The position numbers were made by a program, and so were the translations under genes. A stretch of DNA of 63,769 bases, the filler included, from Octopus bimaculoides (Eukaryota): NCBI RefSeq assembly GCF_001194135.2. It is 7 parts of 6 records of this genome, joined end to end, with 100 filler letters (N's around TTAATTAATTAA, not from the genome) between each part and the next. Parts side by side here need not be neighbours in the genome. Positions count along the whole stretch, not along the records: positions 26,736 to 56,496 come from NC_068986.1; positions 56,597 to 60,782 come from NW_026398903.1; positions 60,883 to 62,169 come from NW_026365774.1; positions 62,270 to 63,769 come from NW_026365344.1; 3 more parts are not named here. One strand, written 5' to 3'. The notes under the pieces are model-generated. The model saw only the letters and a list, made by a program, of their open reading frames with translations, was not told the origin of the DNA and made no database searches. The first letter of the stretch is position 1, and every line of letters begins with the position of its first letter. Of this stretch, positions 53,270 through 63,769 are shown in pieces.

Positions 53270-53929
53270 TAACCTAGTGGTTAGAGGAAAAAGCAAATGT
53301 TATTCCGGTTGAGAAGGGGACGGAATGGCATTAAATGTCGACAGCTACAGCAGATAGAAGTTTCTTCGAGACAATATCAGTATCCTATCGAGAGATAAGG
53401 GATCACCACCAATTGGATGCAAAACCTGGCTAACACCGAGTGCAAATACGAGGCAATTAGTTTAGTGAAGGTGATAGTAATAGTAGAGTGAACAGGTTTG
53501 GGGAATATCGTGCTTCTATTAGGCGGCACCTTCTCAACCTCCGTGTGACTATATTGCTACATATCGTTTTGTACTAGAATTTTAGTTGACTGATAGAAGC
53601 TTCTGGTTCACAGTTGCAGCATCTGGCACCACAAGATTTGTGGTGCGTAACCCGGACAGTTCTGGTTTTCCGGTGGAAGGAGCCGAAACAGCTACAAGTT
53701 TGTTTTCCCACTGAAAGAGACATCGGCTCCTGCATTTGGAGACAGAGTAGAGAAAGCCTTCGACACAAGTGTTTACGTTAAATATAAGTTGTATTGCGTT
53801 TTTTCTACTCTCGTTTGTCTGACTTACTTCGTACATTCACTGCATTATCGATCACAGCTTTTTGCGCCTTAAGCATATGCTGTGTTTTCACCCACCCATC
53901 CATCTTCTCTGCTCAATATTCATGGGAAC

Positions 53930-54200
53930 AACATGGGGGTAGAGCCCTCAGGCTTCTCCTTCACAGGGTCCTATCCAAAATAAACTGCATTGTACTTTCC
54001 GCTGAATTCTCCATCGTGACCAGCTTAGATTACAGATATTATCCAATCATCTCATTTTTGGTCTATCCCTAGGTCTGCTGCTGGTTGACTCTGCTTCACG
54101 GATCCGTCTTGCGACGTTCTAAACACATTTTTATAGTACCGGAGTGGTGACCTTTCAATGCAGAGAAACAGCGGTAGCGGCTCGACGTGGAGAGATTCCT
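53930..54200 (-). mobile_element. RTE/Expander-like LINE 3' end
   Basis: SRPRDRPKMR*LDNICNLSWSRWRIQ..DRTL*RRSLRALPP (RPRGRP.RW.D...L.W.RLG..LPP motif). Confidence 0.7.
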
Positions 54201-54262
54201 TGACCTCTGAGTTACGCACCTTCAGCGGTGTAATGTGTCTACTTATATTTTGTAATTACCAT

Positions 54263-54418
54263 GCGTGGCTGCATGGTAAGGAGTTTGCTTCCCAACCACA
54301 TGGTTCTGAGTTCAGTCCATTGCATGGCACCTGACGTTACTGTCTTCTACTATAGCTACGGTCCGACCAAAAGACTTGTGAGTGGATATGGTAGATGGAA
54401 ACTGAAAGAAACCCGTCT

Positions 54419-54464
<46 letters not shown>

Positions 54465-54688
54465 NNNNNNNNNNTGCCTGTGTTTACTTCTCATCACTGC
54501 TTGGCAACCGGTATCTTTGTATTTAAGTTCCGGGAAACTAGTAGTTCTGCAAATGAGATCGCTAGAATACGTACCAGGTTTTAAATAGAAAATAAGTGCT
54601 AGGGTGGATTCTTTTGACAAAAACTTTTTCTAGGCGGTGCCCGAGCATGGTTGCCTTCTAATATCTGTAACAACTAAAAATTAAAAAG
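54263..54688 (+). mobile_element. SINE family B, full length, older copy
   Basis: Head, (TG)n, 10-N gap, tail ending ggcggtgcccgagcatgg..aaaattaaaaga. Confidence 0.8.
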
Positions 54689-54749
54689 ATACTCACAATA
54701 CTCTATCATGTAAGCAAGATCATGTAGATCATGTAGGCCCTGTAGACGA

Positions 54750-55120
54750 TGTATATTGCCTTTATTTGCAAGTTCTGTATTTTTTCGTTACGTAGACTTT
54801 TACATGTTTCTTTTAAAAATTCACAAGTCCTTTACGTAGGCTGTCTTGTTTTTCAGTCCCACATTAAGATTATCTCCATTGCTACATCTTTTTTCAAATT
54901 CATATATTTTTCTTCCCCATTTCTTTTACAGAAGCTTTATCGTCGTCTATTGGGAATTGATATTTCAGTTAGTAATCTGTACTTCCATTTTATCATAGTT
55001 CTTTTTCAGTGTTTTCACAATTTCTCATGTTGTTTCACCTTTCACCTCATAACTCTCTGTCATTTCAGGTTTTGTTTTGTATTTCTTGCCATATTTGATA
55101 ATTTGGTTTGTTTATTTATT
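54750..55120 (-). mobile_element. R4/Dong-like RLE endonuclease relic
   Basis: LLTEISIP..DDKASVKEM..KYMNLK..EI.LMW (IDISIP.D.N..KE.EK..KYKDL..EI.RMW motif) with frameshifts. Confidence 0.6.
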
Positions 55121-55240
55121 GTTTGTGCCATGTAGCCGTTTGCAATTAGTTTTCCATTTTTCATTACAAGAACATGATAGGCCTACGGAGAGTAATTTAT
55201 AATATCTTGCACGTTGCATAATGCTAAGAGATCATCGTCA

Positions 55241-55271
<31 letters not shown>

Positions 55272-55299
55272 CATTATTATTATTATTATCATTATGAGA

Positions 55300-55432
55300 A
55301 TTGTAAGGACGTTGGAATAAATGCATTGCGTCATTTCTTCCGAGTCTTTATGCTCCTTGTGATCCAGTTTTCGAGGTCGACAAAATAGGTAGAAAGGATT
55401 ATTATTATCATTATTATTATTATTATTATTAT

Positions 55433-55501
<69 letters not shown>

Positions 55502-56030
55502 CAGCAACAAAACGCCGGCATGTTTTGCAGTAATTCTTCCGAATCGTTACGTTCTGAGGTTCTTATTCCACCGGGGTCAACCTTGGCTTTAATCCTTTCA
55601 GAATTGATAAAATATAGTGCCAGTCAATTTAATGGGGTGCATATAATCAGCAAGCTCCTTCCGTCTAAAAACTACTGAACTTGTTACAAAATTTGAAACA
55701 ATTATTATGGATTTGCAGAATATTTTGAGTTGGGCAAAATACTTTGGGGCACTTACTTTTGAGTTCAAATCCCGTCGATGACGACTTTGCTCGTTATTCA
55801 TCCCCTATAAATATAATAAGTACCTGTCAAGTTGTGTGATCAGTATAATCAACTGTTCTCACCTGCAGAGCAGTGACTGTAGAATAAAGTCCAATACTAA
55901 GCTAACACTTTAGATAGCGGCTCGGAAAAATGGAAAGGCAAAGGTTTGGCATCTGCGGGATTTGAACTCAGAGGGTAGAGAGTCAAAAAGAATACTGCAG
56001 AGCATCCAATCCCGTCTTCTAACAACTGTA
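55300..56030. mobile_element. Cluster of degenerate SINE family A copies (three +, one -)
   Basis: cgttacgttctgag..ggggtcaaccttgg..; gagttcaaatcccgtcgatgacgactttg; minus copy gggatttgaactcag at ~55960. Confidence 0.6.
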
Positions 56031-56496
56031 CCAACACACTCTATAATCATTACTTTCTTCATACTAATAAACATCGTAGTCTCCAGTATTACTATCGTCC
56101 AACACCAAATACATCATCGTAATCGTTATCATCACTAGCGCCATCACTTTTATTATTTATCTCATCTTTTTTTATTACAATTTTGCGTAGATAATGTTTT
56201 ATGTACAATATTTTATGTTACTTTCTTCAACTCTGCACATATTCTTTTATAAGGTCTCTTAAACAACACTTGTACTGTTGTTTAATTTCCCTTAATACCA
56301 TATACAATTAAATTAAAATGTTAAATGTTCGGTTTCTGAAATGCCGAAACACATTTCCAAGTTTCTCGATTGAGATCAAAACAAATTGGTTTTAATGTTT
56401 TATTCGATAAAAGTGAAAGAAGTTTTATTCAGTTATCAGAAAGTTTATTTATCAAACATATATGTATGCTATATATATATATATATATATATATAT

Positions 56497-56596
56497 NNNN
56501 NNNNNNNNNNNNNNNNNNNNNNNNNNNNNNNNNNNNNNNNTTAATTAATTAANNNNNNNNNNNNNNNNNNNNNNNNNNNNNNNNNNNNNNNNNNNN
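56497..56596. other. Artificial scaffold-joining spacer
   Basis: Same 44+12+44 structure. Confidence 0.97.
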
Positions 56597-56731
56597 AAAT
56601 AAATAAAAATCTCTATCTTATCAGCATCTTGGAGACTTCGTCGTAGTATGTCAGCGGAGAAGAGATTGAGATAATTTAGAATGGATTTCTCATTTATATA
56701 TACCCAGAACCTGAAGACCTTAAGGAAAAAC

Positions 56732-56776
<45 letters not shown>

Positions 56777-56789
56777 CTGATTTAGAGAG

Positions 56790-57050
56790 GATGGAGGGGT
56801 AGACAGAGGCATGGATTGGACAGTTTGACAGGAGCTGGAGAGGTGTTCAGGCAGCCATTCTTTGTTTTGGCTTGATTTCTGCAGCTGGATGCCCTAAAAC
56901 TAGCATTAACCACTTTACGAAGAGACAGGGGGCATTTTATGTGCTACTGGCACAGGAGCCTTTAAATAGCACTGGCACAAGTGCATTTTAGGTGGCACTG
57001 GCACGAGTGCATTTTAGGTGGCACCAGCCTGAGACCATTTTATGTGGCAC
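56790..57050 (-). repeat. Decayed copy of the (GAT)n-tailed repeat with internal ~26-bp tandem units
   Basis: gatttctgcagctggatgccc..; ggcactggcacRagtgcattttaggt repeated. Confidence 0.55.
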
Positions 57051-57852
57051 TGGCACCTGCAAGACGAAAACCTCTCAGCTGGGAAAGGGAGTGGGGGGGG
57101 GCATGGCCATAAAGGACATGTCTGTATGTATGTATGGATGGCCTTGATTTCACTTAGTTTGATGTGTCTTATCAAGTACAGCAAATTTGCATATATATGT
57201 GTGTGTATGTATGTATACACATACATATATATAATGTAAGCCATCGATGTTGTTGTTTTTGATCAAGTTAATGTTCAAAAGAAACTTTGAAATAAAACTT
57301 TGAAGATTTATGAGTGATGAAAGCTTATGAGTGATGCCTAAGCTACGTTTGTATTTATTTACACACACACACACACACATACATGCATAACTATGCCTGC
57401 AGACACACATATGCCAGCACAACTAACAAAGAGCCTCTATGTGGTTACTGAACCTGCTGGAAATAGCAACTGAGTTTCCTTCAAATCAAACCCTAGAATC
57501 CTTTTTTATTTTTAAAAGAAAGAAAAAAAAAGAGAACAATGGATGATATAATCTTCTAAACAATGATCTGTTCTAGTTTCCAGTTGTAAGATTTAAGGTC
57601 GACCTAGGGCTAAACTACAACAGCAACAGTAGCAACAAATAAACAACTAACAGCTTATATTATATACACACACACTTGTATACACACCCACACACTTGTA
57701 TATCCACTCCTGTTGAAATCATTTCATTCCTTTCTGGTTTTAACAACAGGAATTGCCTGATGTTATCACAGAATGTTTGGATGTTGTTAAACAGAAAAAA
57801 ACAGGATGGAATTAAAACAAAGAAATCAGCAACACTTCTGTGAATTACTGAT

Positions 57853-57937
57853 CCCTGTCATTCCGGTACCCCATTGTCATTCGTGGTCCCCATTGTCATT
57901 CCTGGTCCCCATTGTCATTCCTGGTCCCCATTGTCAT
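57853..57937 (+). repeat. 19-bp minisatellite (CCCCATTGTCATTCCTGGT) x~4.5
   Basis: Direct inspection. Confidence 0.9.
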
Positions 57938-58044
57938 GCACAAGCATTATATCATCATCATTATCATTATCCAGTGTTTTAAATCCGGGCTTTGTCCCTG
58001 ATAATGAGGGTAGCCGGATCTCCCTCAATGCCATAGCAAATCAT

Positions 58045-58272
58045 TGTTGTGGTCGATGCCAGTGCTGCTTGACTAGCACCCGTGCCAGTGGCATGTAGAA
58101 AGCATTCACTACATTCTTGGAGTGGTTGGCATTAGGAAGGGCATCCAGCTGTAGAAACCTTGCCAAATCAGATTGGGGCCTGGTGCAGCATCCTGGTTCG
58201 CCAGTCTTCAGTCAAACCGTCCAACCCATACCAGCAGGGAAAGCAGACGTTAAACGATGATGATGATGATGA
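58045..58272 (+). repeat. Interspersed repeat with (GAT)n tail (RTE-associated 3' end or SINE)
   Basis: gagtggttggcattaggaagggcatccagctgtagaaacc..gacgttaaacgatgatgat; a decayed minus copy lies at ~56790-57050. Confidence 0.65.
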
Positions 58273-58387
58273 TACACACACACACCCATGTCTTGTGCTC
58301 GTCTCAGTATATTTATTTNNNNNNNNNNGATGATGATGATGATACACACACACACCCATGTCTTGTGCTCGTCTCAGTATATTTATT

Positions 58388-58590
58388 TCTTTATTGCCCA
58401 CAGGGAGCTAAACATAGAGGGGACAGACAAATGGATTAAGTCAATTACATCGACCCCAGTGCGTTACTGGTACTTATTTAATCGACCCTGAAAGGATGAA
58501 AGGCAAAAATGACCTCTGCGCAATTTGAACTCAGAACGTAATGGCAGATGAAATGCTGCCAAGCATTTCGCCTGGCGTGTTAATGATTCT
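58388..58590 (-). mobile_element. SINE family A
   Basis: Reverse complement of the 6984-7224 type. Confidence 0.85.
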
Positions 58591-58875
58591 GCACAGACTT
58601 AACTATTGTTCTTTGTGTAGATGACATCTCTGGGTAATTAACATCACTGAAAAGAGACAAAAGAAGAAATAAAAGGAAAGTTGAAGGAGGAGGAGGAGGT
58701 GTTTTTTTTTCTTTGTTGTTTGTCTGGAGGAGCAAAGAAAAAAAAGAGAATAGAGGAGAGAATGAAAAGAAAGGTAAGAGAGTATGAAGTGTGACAACAA
58801 TTGAAATGGCAGGCATCGACAGAAAATATGGCTGTTGAGTAATTTATAGAATTCAAACAGGATAGCATTAATTAG

Positions 58876-58920
<45 letters not shown>

Positions 58921-59570
58921 ACAGTAAACATGGCCAAAATAAACTTTGCTTTTCAAAAATAAACTTATAAAAGTTATTATTGACAATTACACTAACAACA
59001 ACAACAATAATAATGATACTAATAATATGAGTCATATTAATAATAATGATAATAATAATAGTAAAGTGTTGGTGAAATGATAAATCAGTGAAACAGATAA
59101 ACAATTTAAGGTTTCACTATTCAAAGTACAAATATTGACTGAAACTTTCACCCTAATTGAAGCGATAAAGTCATTCTATTTCCTATCAGTGTTAATTAGT
59201 TAATTGAAACAGTTTATACTTGACACACTGATTGTGTCAAATGTTTCTACTCTCAGATATAACTGGAATTGCAATTGAAAATTAACATAATTTATTTCCT
59301 GGGATTGACTGTAACCCCTTTTTAATATCATGGGATTGACTGTAACCCTGCTTTCATAACACCAATTTATGTTCATCAAAACTTTCTGTTAAGATTTCAT
59401 TTTAATTTATTTTTCAAACACCAGCTTAAAAATGACAAATTCATTCTTATTAAAATCTTGATGGTTTTTGAAGAATTAAGTAAAGCAAAGCAGTTTCTTT
59501 CAACAAAAAAAAAAGAACATTGAAACAAAAGCTTCAACCTTTATTGATGAGAGTGAATTAATAACCTGTG

Positions 59571-59618
<48 letters not shown>

Positions 59619-60574
59619 CGTGTGCATGAAGAGCAGAGTCTGTTGTTTCCTATTTTCTGCTCACATTTCTTAAACAAATGAATATAGAATGTTTCTTATC
59701 CTTTAGTATCAATCAAGTCAGTCCTGATCAATCAGACTTACCATTAAGGACACATCAGCAGTGACCATCCCGTCTGTATCTGTTTGTTTCTTTTTTTTTT
59801 CCAGTTATTGTGTACTTTGGACTATATTAACCTACACTGTGCTTATAATAGAAGAAAAAACAAAACCAGTAAGTTGTGATTTGAAAGAGATTTGACAACT
59901 ATTTCTGGCAAGTCAACCAACTAAGTAAAGGCTTCCTCATTGTATAGTAATTAATTTGTCCATAATGTAACAATGTCCTCTAATTATAATAATTATTTGT
60001 TACAATGACACACATTTTAATGAGACGAATGTATTAATTTTTAAAATCAATTATTGTCATTAATAAAGAAACTTTTTATAAATAAGATACATCCCTTGTC
60101 TAATTCCAACTAATTACAAGATCCAGACTTTCAACTTCTCCATTTTCTATCTCTTATGGAAAGCAATGAATTTTCAGTCATAAGAACATTCACTGGAATG
60201 TCTTACATATTTATCCCAGCTTTCTGGACTCTGAGTTCAAATCCAGGGTAACGGACAAGCAGAACTGTTAAAGGATCAAATGAGATTGCATCTGCTTTGA
60301 TTCTTGGCATTTTGATGGCGACACCTGTAATGAACAGGTGATACAAGTGCCAAGATGTATTGGTTTAAGTCTGAGACCTTTCCTTTGCATAAACACCAGT
60401 GGTATGGTGAAGGAGAGACATTCATGCATGGCCAACTGCCAGTCTTCCTCCAAAATATTTTACCCAGGCCTGCCCTTAGATGCAGGGTCAATTAGTTTTA
60501 ACCTTTGGCTGCCCAGTTCATCTTTTTTGCCTCTTTTACTTGTTTCGGTTGTCGGACTGCAACCATGCTGTGAG

Positions 60575-60650
60575 GTTTTAGGTAATTAACTGATTCTCCT
60601 GTATTTCCTTTTACCCAAAGCCAGAAAATTTTTCGGCACCCCTCATGTAT
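60575..60650 (+). mobile_element. Right end of the same mariner MITE family
   Basis: aactgattctcctgtatttccttttacccaaagccagaaaatttttcggcacccctc matches 24385-24445. Confidence 0.7.
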
Positions 60651-60782
60651 ATATATATATATTTTTTTTTTTTTCAAAAATTTTTTTTTCTCTGTCTGCC
60701 TTTTCTTTTGGACTGTTCTCTGTCTCCTGCTCCTGAAGAAGAGCTTTGCTTGAAACATAAAACACCCTTTCTTTCCTTCCCT

Positions 60783-60882
60783 NNNNNNNNNNNNNNNNNN
60801 NNNNNNNNNNNNNNNNNNNNNNNNNNTTAATTAATTAANNNNNNNNNNNNNNNNNNNNNNNNNNNNNNNNNNNNNNNNNNNN
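60783..60882. other. Artificial scaffold-joining spacer
   Basis: Same 44+12+44 structure. Confidence 0.97.
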
Positions 60883-61689
60883 GGACAATGATACCAAAGA
60901 ATACCATCTGGTTTTGCCATTTTTCTTTTTTTTAAAAAGGCCAATAAACTTGTCACTGTATGAACTGACCAACTGTAAACAGAATCTTCTTCTTCCCTCC
61001 TCTTCCCACTGACACACCTTTCAAATACACAGGCACACACAAAAACGCACCCACACTCTCCTACTAGACAATGACACCAAAGATTCTTTTTGAAAAACAA
61101 CTTCTTCAAAACAATCACACCTGCTTTTGCCAATTCTTTAAAAGGCCAAAAATAAACTTATTGAAAAGAACTAACCAGCTATGAACACAATTTTCTTCTT
61201 TTCTCTTTCCCATGGACACACACACACAAAAGAACACACTCTCTCACTTTTTCCTCCATTCCTCACCCTCTCTTACTATCCTATATATCTCTCTCTCCAC
61301 CCCACACCCTCAATAAAACTATATAAAGAGACCCCCACCAAAAGGTGAGCTCAAAACAATTTGAAAATCCTACTTAATTTATAAAACATGTGATATTAAT
61401 AAAAATCTATAAATGTACCAACATCCAGATTTCTGAGTACCTTAATTTTTTTCTATAATATAATTTCTGTGCATCACCTCCAAACCTTCCAATATATATA
61501 TATGACCGCAGCCACTTGGCTAAAACACATAAATAAATAAAAATAAATATATATATATATATTCATATGTGTGTCTCTATATAAACATAATTGTCAGATT
61601 TAATCAAATTTCATTACACCGATCGTTTTAGCCTTTGCAAACCATGAAGTGAAACGGTTGACTGTTAAGCTTTTTATTCTCGGAAAAAA

Positions 61690-61706
61690 TTGATATTTTT
61701 TTACAG
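61690..61706 (+). promoter_or_regulatory. Candidate 3' splice acceptor 37 nt upstream of the caspase ATG
   Basis: ttgatatttttttacAG is a good acceptor consensus. Confidence 0.45.
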
Positions 61707-61743
61707 ATTTATATTGTTTTAATATCTGTAATTTTATATAAAC

Positions 61744-62169
61744 ATGAGCACAGAACAAGTACATCATATTTCTAAGCAACGATTTATGCAAATCCGAGTT
61801 GATTTTGTACAACACATGGACGATATCAAATCGTTTTTAGACGAAGCTTTATCCAATGGTTTATTGAGTGAGGGACATAGAAATGAAATAATGTCAAAAA
61901 GTAATCCTGACAACCAAATTCTAAAGTTACATGATTATATATTTAAGAAACTTCCGAAGGTTTCAGATAAATTGATGTCAGCCTTGGAAAAGTCGAAACA
62001 TATTAAGTTATTTGATCTTTTAGACGAACAGACAGTCTACCCGATGAAATTCAAACCACATGGTCGTGTTATATTAATAAGTAATGGGAAATTTGACGAT
62101 AAGAATTACAAGGAAAGGCTCGGAAGCGACAAGGATGTGGAGGGTATTACGAAACTTTTCACTGCTTTC
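61744..62169 (+). CDS. CARD-containing caspase, N-terminal 142 codons, truncated by the scaffold end
   Basis: Residues ~10-95 have a CARD-like helical pattern (RVDFVQHM...FLDEALSNGLLS...EIMSK...DNQILKL...ALEKS...LFDLL). This is followed by the caspase p20 start VYPMKFKPHGRVILISNGKF and the conserved R-x-G-S-x-x-D motif (ERLGSDKDVE). Catalytic His and QACRG lie beyond the gap, so intactness is unknown. Confidence 0.82.
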
Positions 62170-62269
62170 NNNNNNNNNNNNNNNNNNNNNNNNNNNNNNN
62201 NNNNNNNNNNNNNTTAATTAATTAANNNNNNNNNNNNNNNNNNNNNNNNNNNNNNNNNNNNNNNNNNNN
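62170..62269. other. Artificial scaffold-joining spacer
   Basis: Same 44+12+44 structure. Confidence 0.97.
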
Positions 62270-63769
62270 ATAAGCTGTATATCCTGTCAATGGTTTGGAT
62301 ACTTATTTCAGATTGCAATAGAAAATTGAGATGAAAACAATTAAGTGTTTTGCCTAAATATACACTGAAACGCTAGAAGTGGATGTAGATTAAAATCAAT
62401 GGGAAGGTGACCTAATATCATTACCTCTCGACCATTTTGCTTTTATATTTTGACATAGCGTAACAAAGGTAAGTCATCTTGATTGAGACCTCTTTTTCAA
62501 AACCGACTATCACTGAAATCACTGTTATAGGAAGCAAAGGAAGCCTAATGATTTAATCGGCCCTCTCACTGGCTGCTGACTTCTCTTGCTGCTATTTACC
62601 ACGCACATTAAAGATTGCAAAGTAGGAACATTGCGTTCTCATTCTTTTTGTTGGGAAGTATGGAAACTGAAATGTAGAAGAATAGGGTCTTCGTATATTT
62701 TGTGCTTATCTACACTATTATTTCGTCGGCTTTTGCCCCGACAAACTTCAGATGCTGTAGTTCTACTCATACGTAGTCGTATCTGCATAAAGACATTCCC
62801 GCAGGTGCACATACATGATCATAAACACCCACATACAGATATATGCACTGAAGCATACACGTATTCATACTCATGCGTATATGCAAACTTTTTAAAATGA
62901 TTGGATTAAGAAAGATTATTTATTACATTTCAACGTCCATATCCACTTTAGTTTTGCATCACAGGAAGTACAATATGCAGGAAAATCCTTATAATCGGAA
63001 ATCAAAATTGATTGGTGAATAATTTAAGTCTTAGTCCGAAACAATGTCATAAATTTATAGTGGAAGATGTTGTATATTTTTAATGTTTTTCCGAAAGGCA
63101 TTAGTGTATGAATAGGAATGTTTAGTTTGGAAGTGCACTGGATCCTTAACCCACCACAGAAACTACGTCATTCAGTTGAGGAATACATTTCTGTTTTCCT
63201 CACCAACTTGATAAGTTGAAAATTTTACTTCAAGTTAATGAATCAGTTGTCAATTTTTTATCATTGTTTCTCTTTACAGCAGACAACTATGTTGTTTTGT
63301 GGAAACTAGTTATAGGCTAGGTGGAAAGGGATGTTGAGTGTTGTTATGGCTATGGTTACATCACTGTGGATGTGACAGGAAATACTGGTTTCTTGATTGG
63401 TCACGTAAGGTCATCAACTTGAGTAATTGTTTTTAGCAACAAATAAGGTTTGTGAATTTATGAGAACGGATAAGGTAAACCGTGAAAGTGTCTAAGTTGT
63501 TTTTTAACCACGAAATCTTTCCTTTGCACTATAACAATTTCATTGTCTCTTCTACGGCCCAACGGGTTACGATATTTACCTAACTGACAATTCCCTGACT
63601 TAAACATGACTTACCGTTTCCGTCCATGAACATCTCAAAGAAACTGTGGAAGTTCCCATCATACTGAATTAAGTCAATACTCCACATATGTCTGTAATAG
63701 GAAACTACCACAGACTTAGGGTTACGCGCGATGAAAATGATTTTGTTATTCTTAAGTAATACTTCAGGC

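Noticed and set aside
53626-53646. Perfect 9-bp hairpin GCACCACAA-GAT-TTGTGGTGC as a Helitron 3' end or terminator
   Set aside because: No CTRR terminus nearby; hairpins of this size are expected by chance in 60 kb. The same applies to 1063-1094.
54749-55135. 128-aa hydrophobic ORF on the + strand
   Set aside because: It is the antisense of an A-rich RLE relic.
57853-57937. CRISPR-like array
   Set aside because: Head-to-tail units with no spacers, eukaryotic context and no cas genes.
39522-62169. Functional linkage between SAXO and the caspase
   Set aside because: They are separated by two artificial scaffold joins.

Overview
AT-rich animal genomic DNA dense in microsatellites and repeats. 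The repeat families resemble those of Octopus/cephalopod assemblies; that taxon call is an inference. The window is not one locus: six identical 100-bp spacers (44 N + TTAATTAATTAA + 44 N) join seven independent pieces (1-10967, 11068-22823, 22924-26635, 26736-56496, 56597-60782, 60883-62169, 62270-63769). Only two host genes are supportable. One is a complete single-exon SAXO/FAM154 (stabilizer of axonemal microtubules) ORF at 39522-40856. The other is the 5' part of a CARD-containing caspase at 61744-62169, with no intron between CARD and p20, cut off by a scaffold end. The rest is microsatellite, N-gaps, at least four tRNA-derived SINE families (several copies with intact target-site duplications) and decayed transposons: mariner, maT-like Tc1/mariner, mariner MITE, RTE, CR1, L1/Tx1, R4/Dong-like RLE LINEs, Penelope and Helitron helicase. 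Nearly all ORFs in the supplied track are microsatellite or gap artefacts. I found no convincing novel multi-gene system. The best leads are the two intron-free genes and the RLE retroelements embedded in (TAA)n and (TACA)n arrays. All homology calls come from manual translation and motif recognition, not database searches, and repeat boundaries are approximate.
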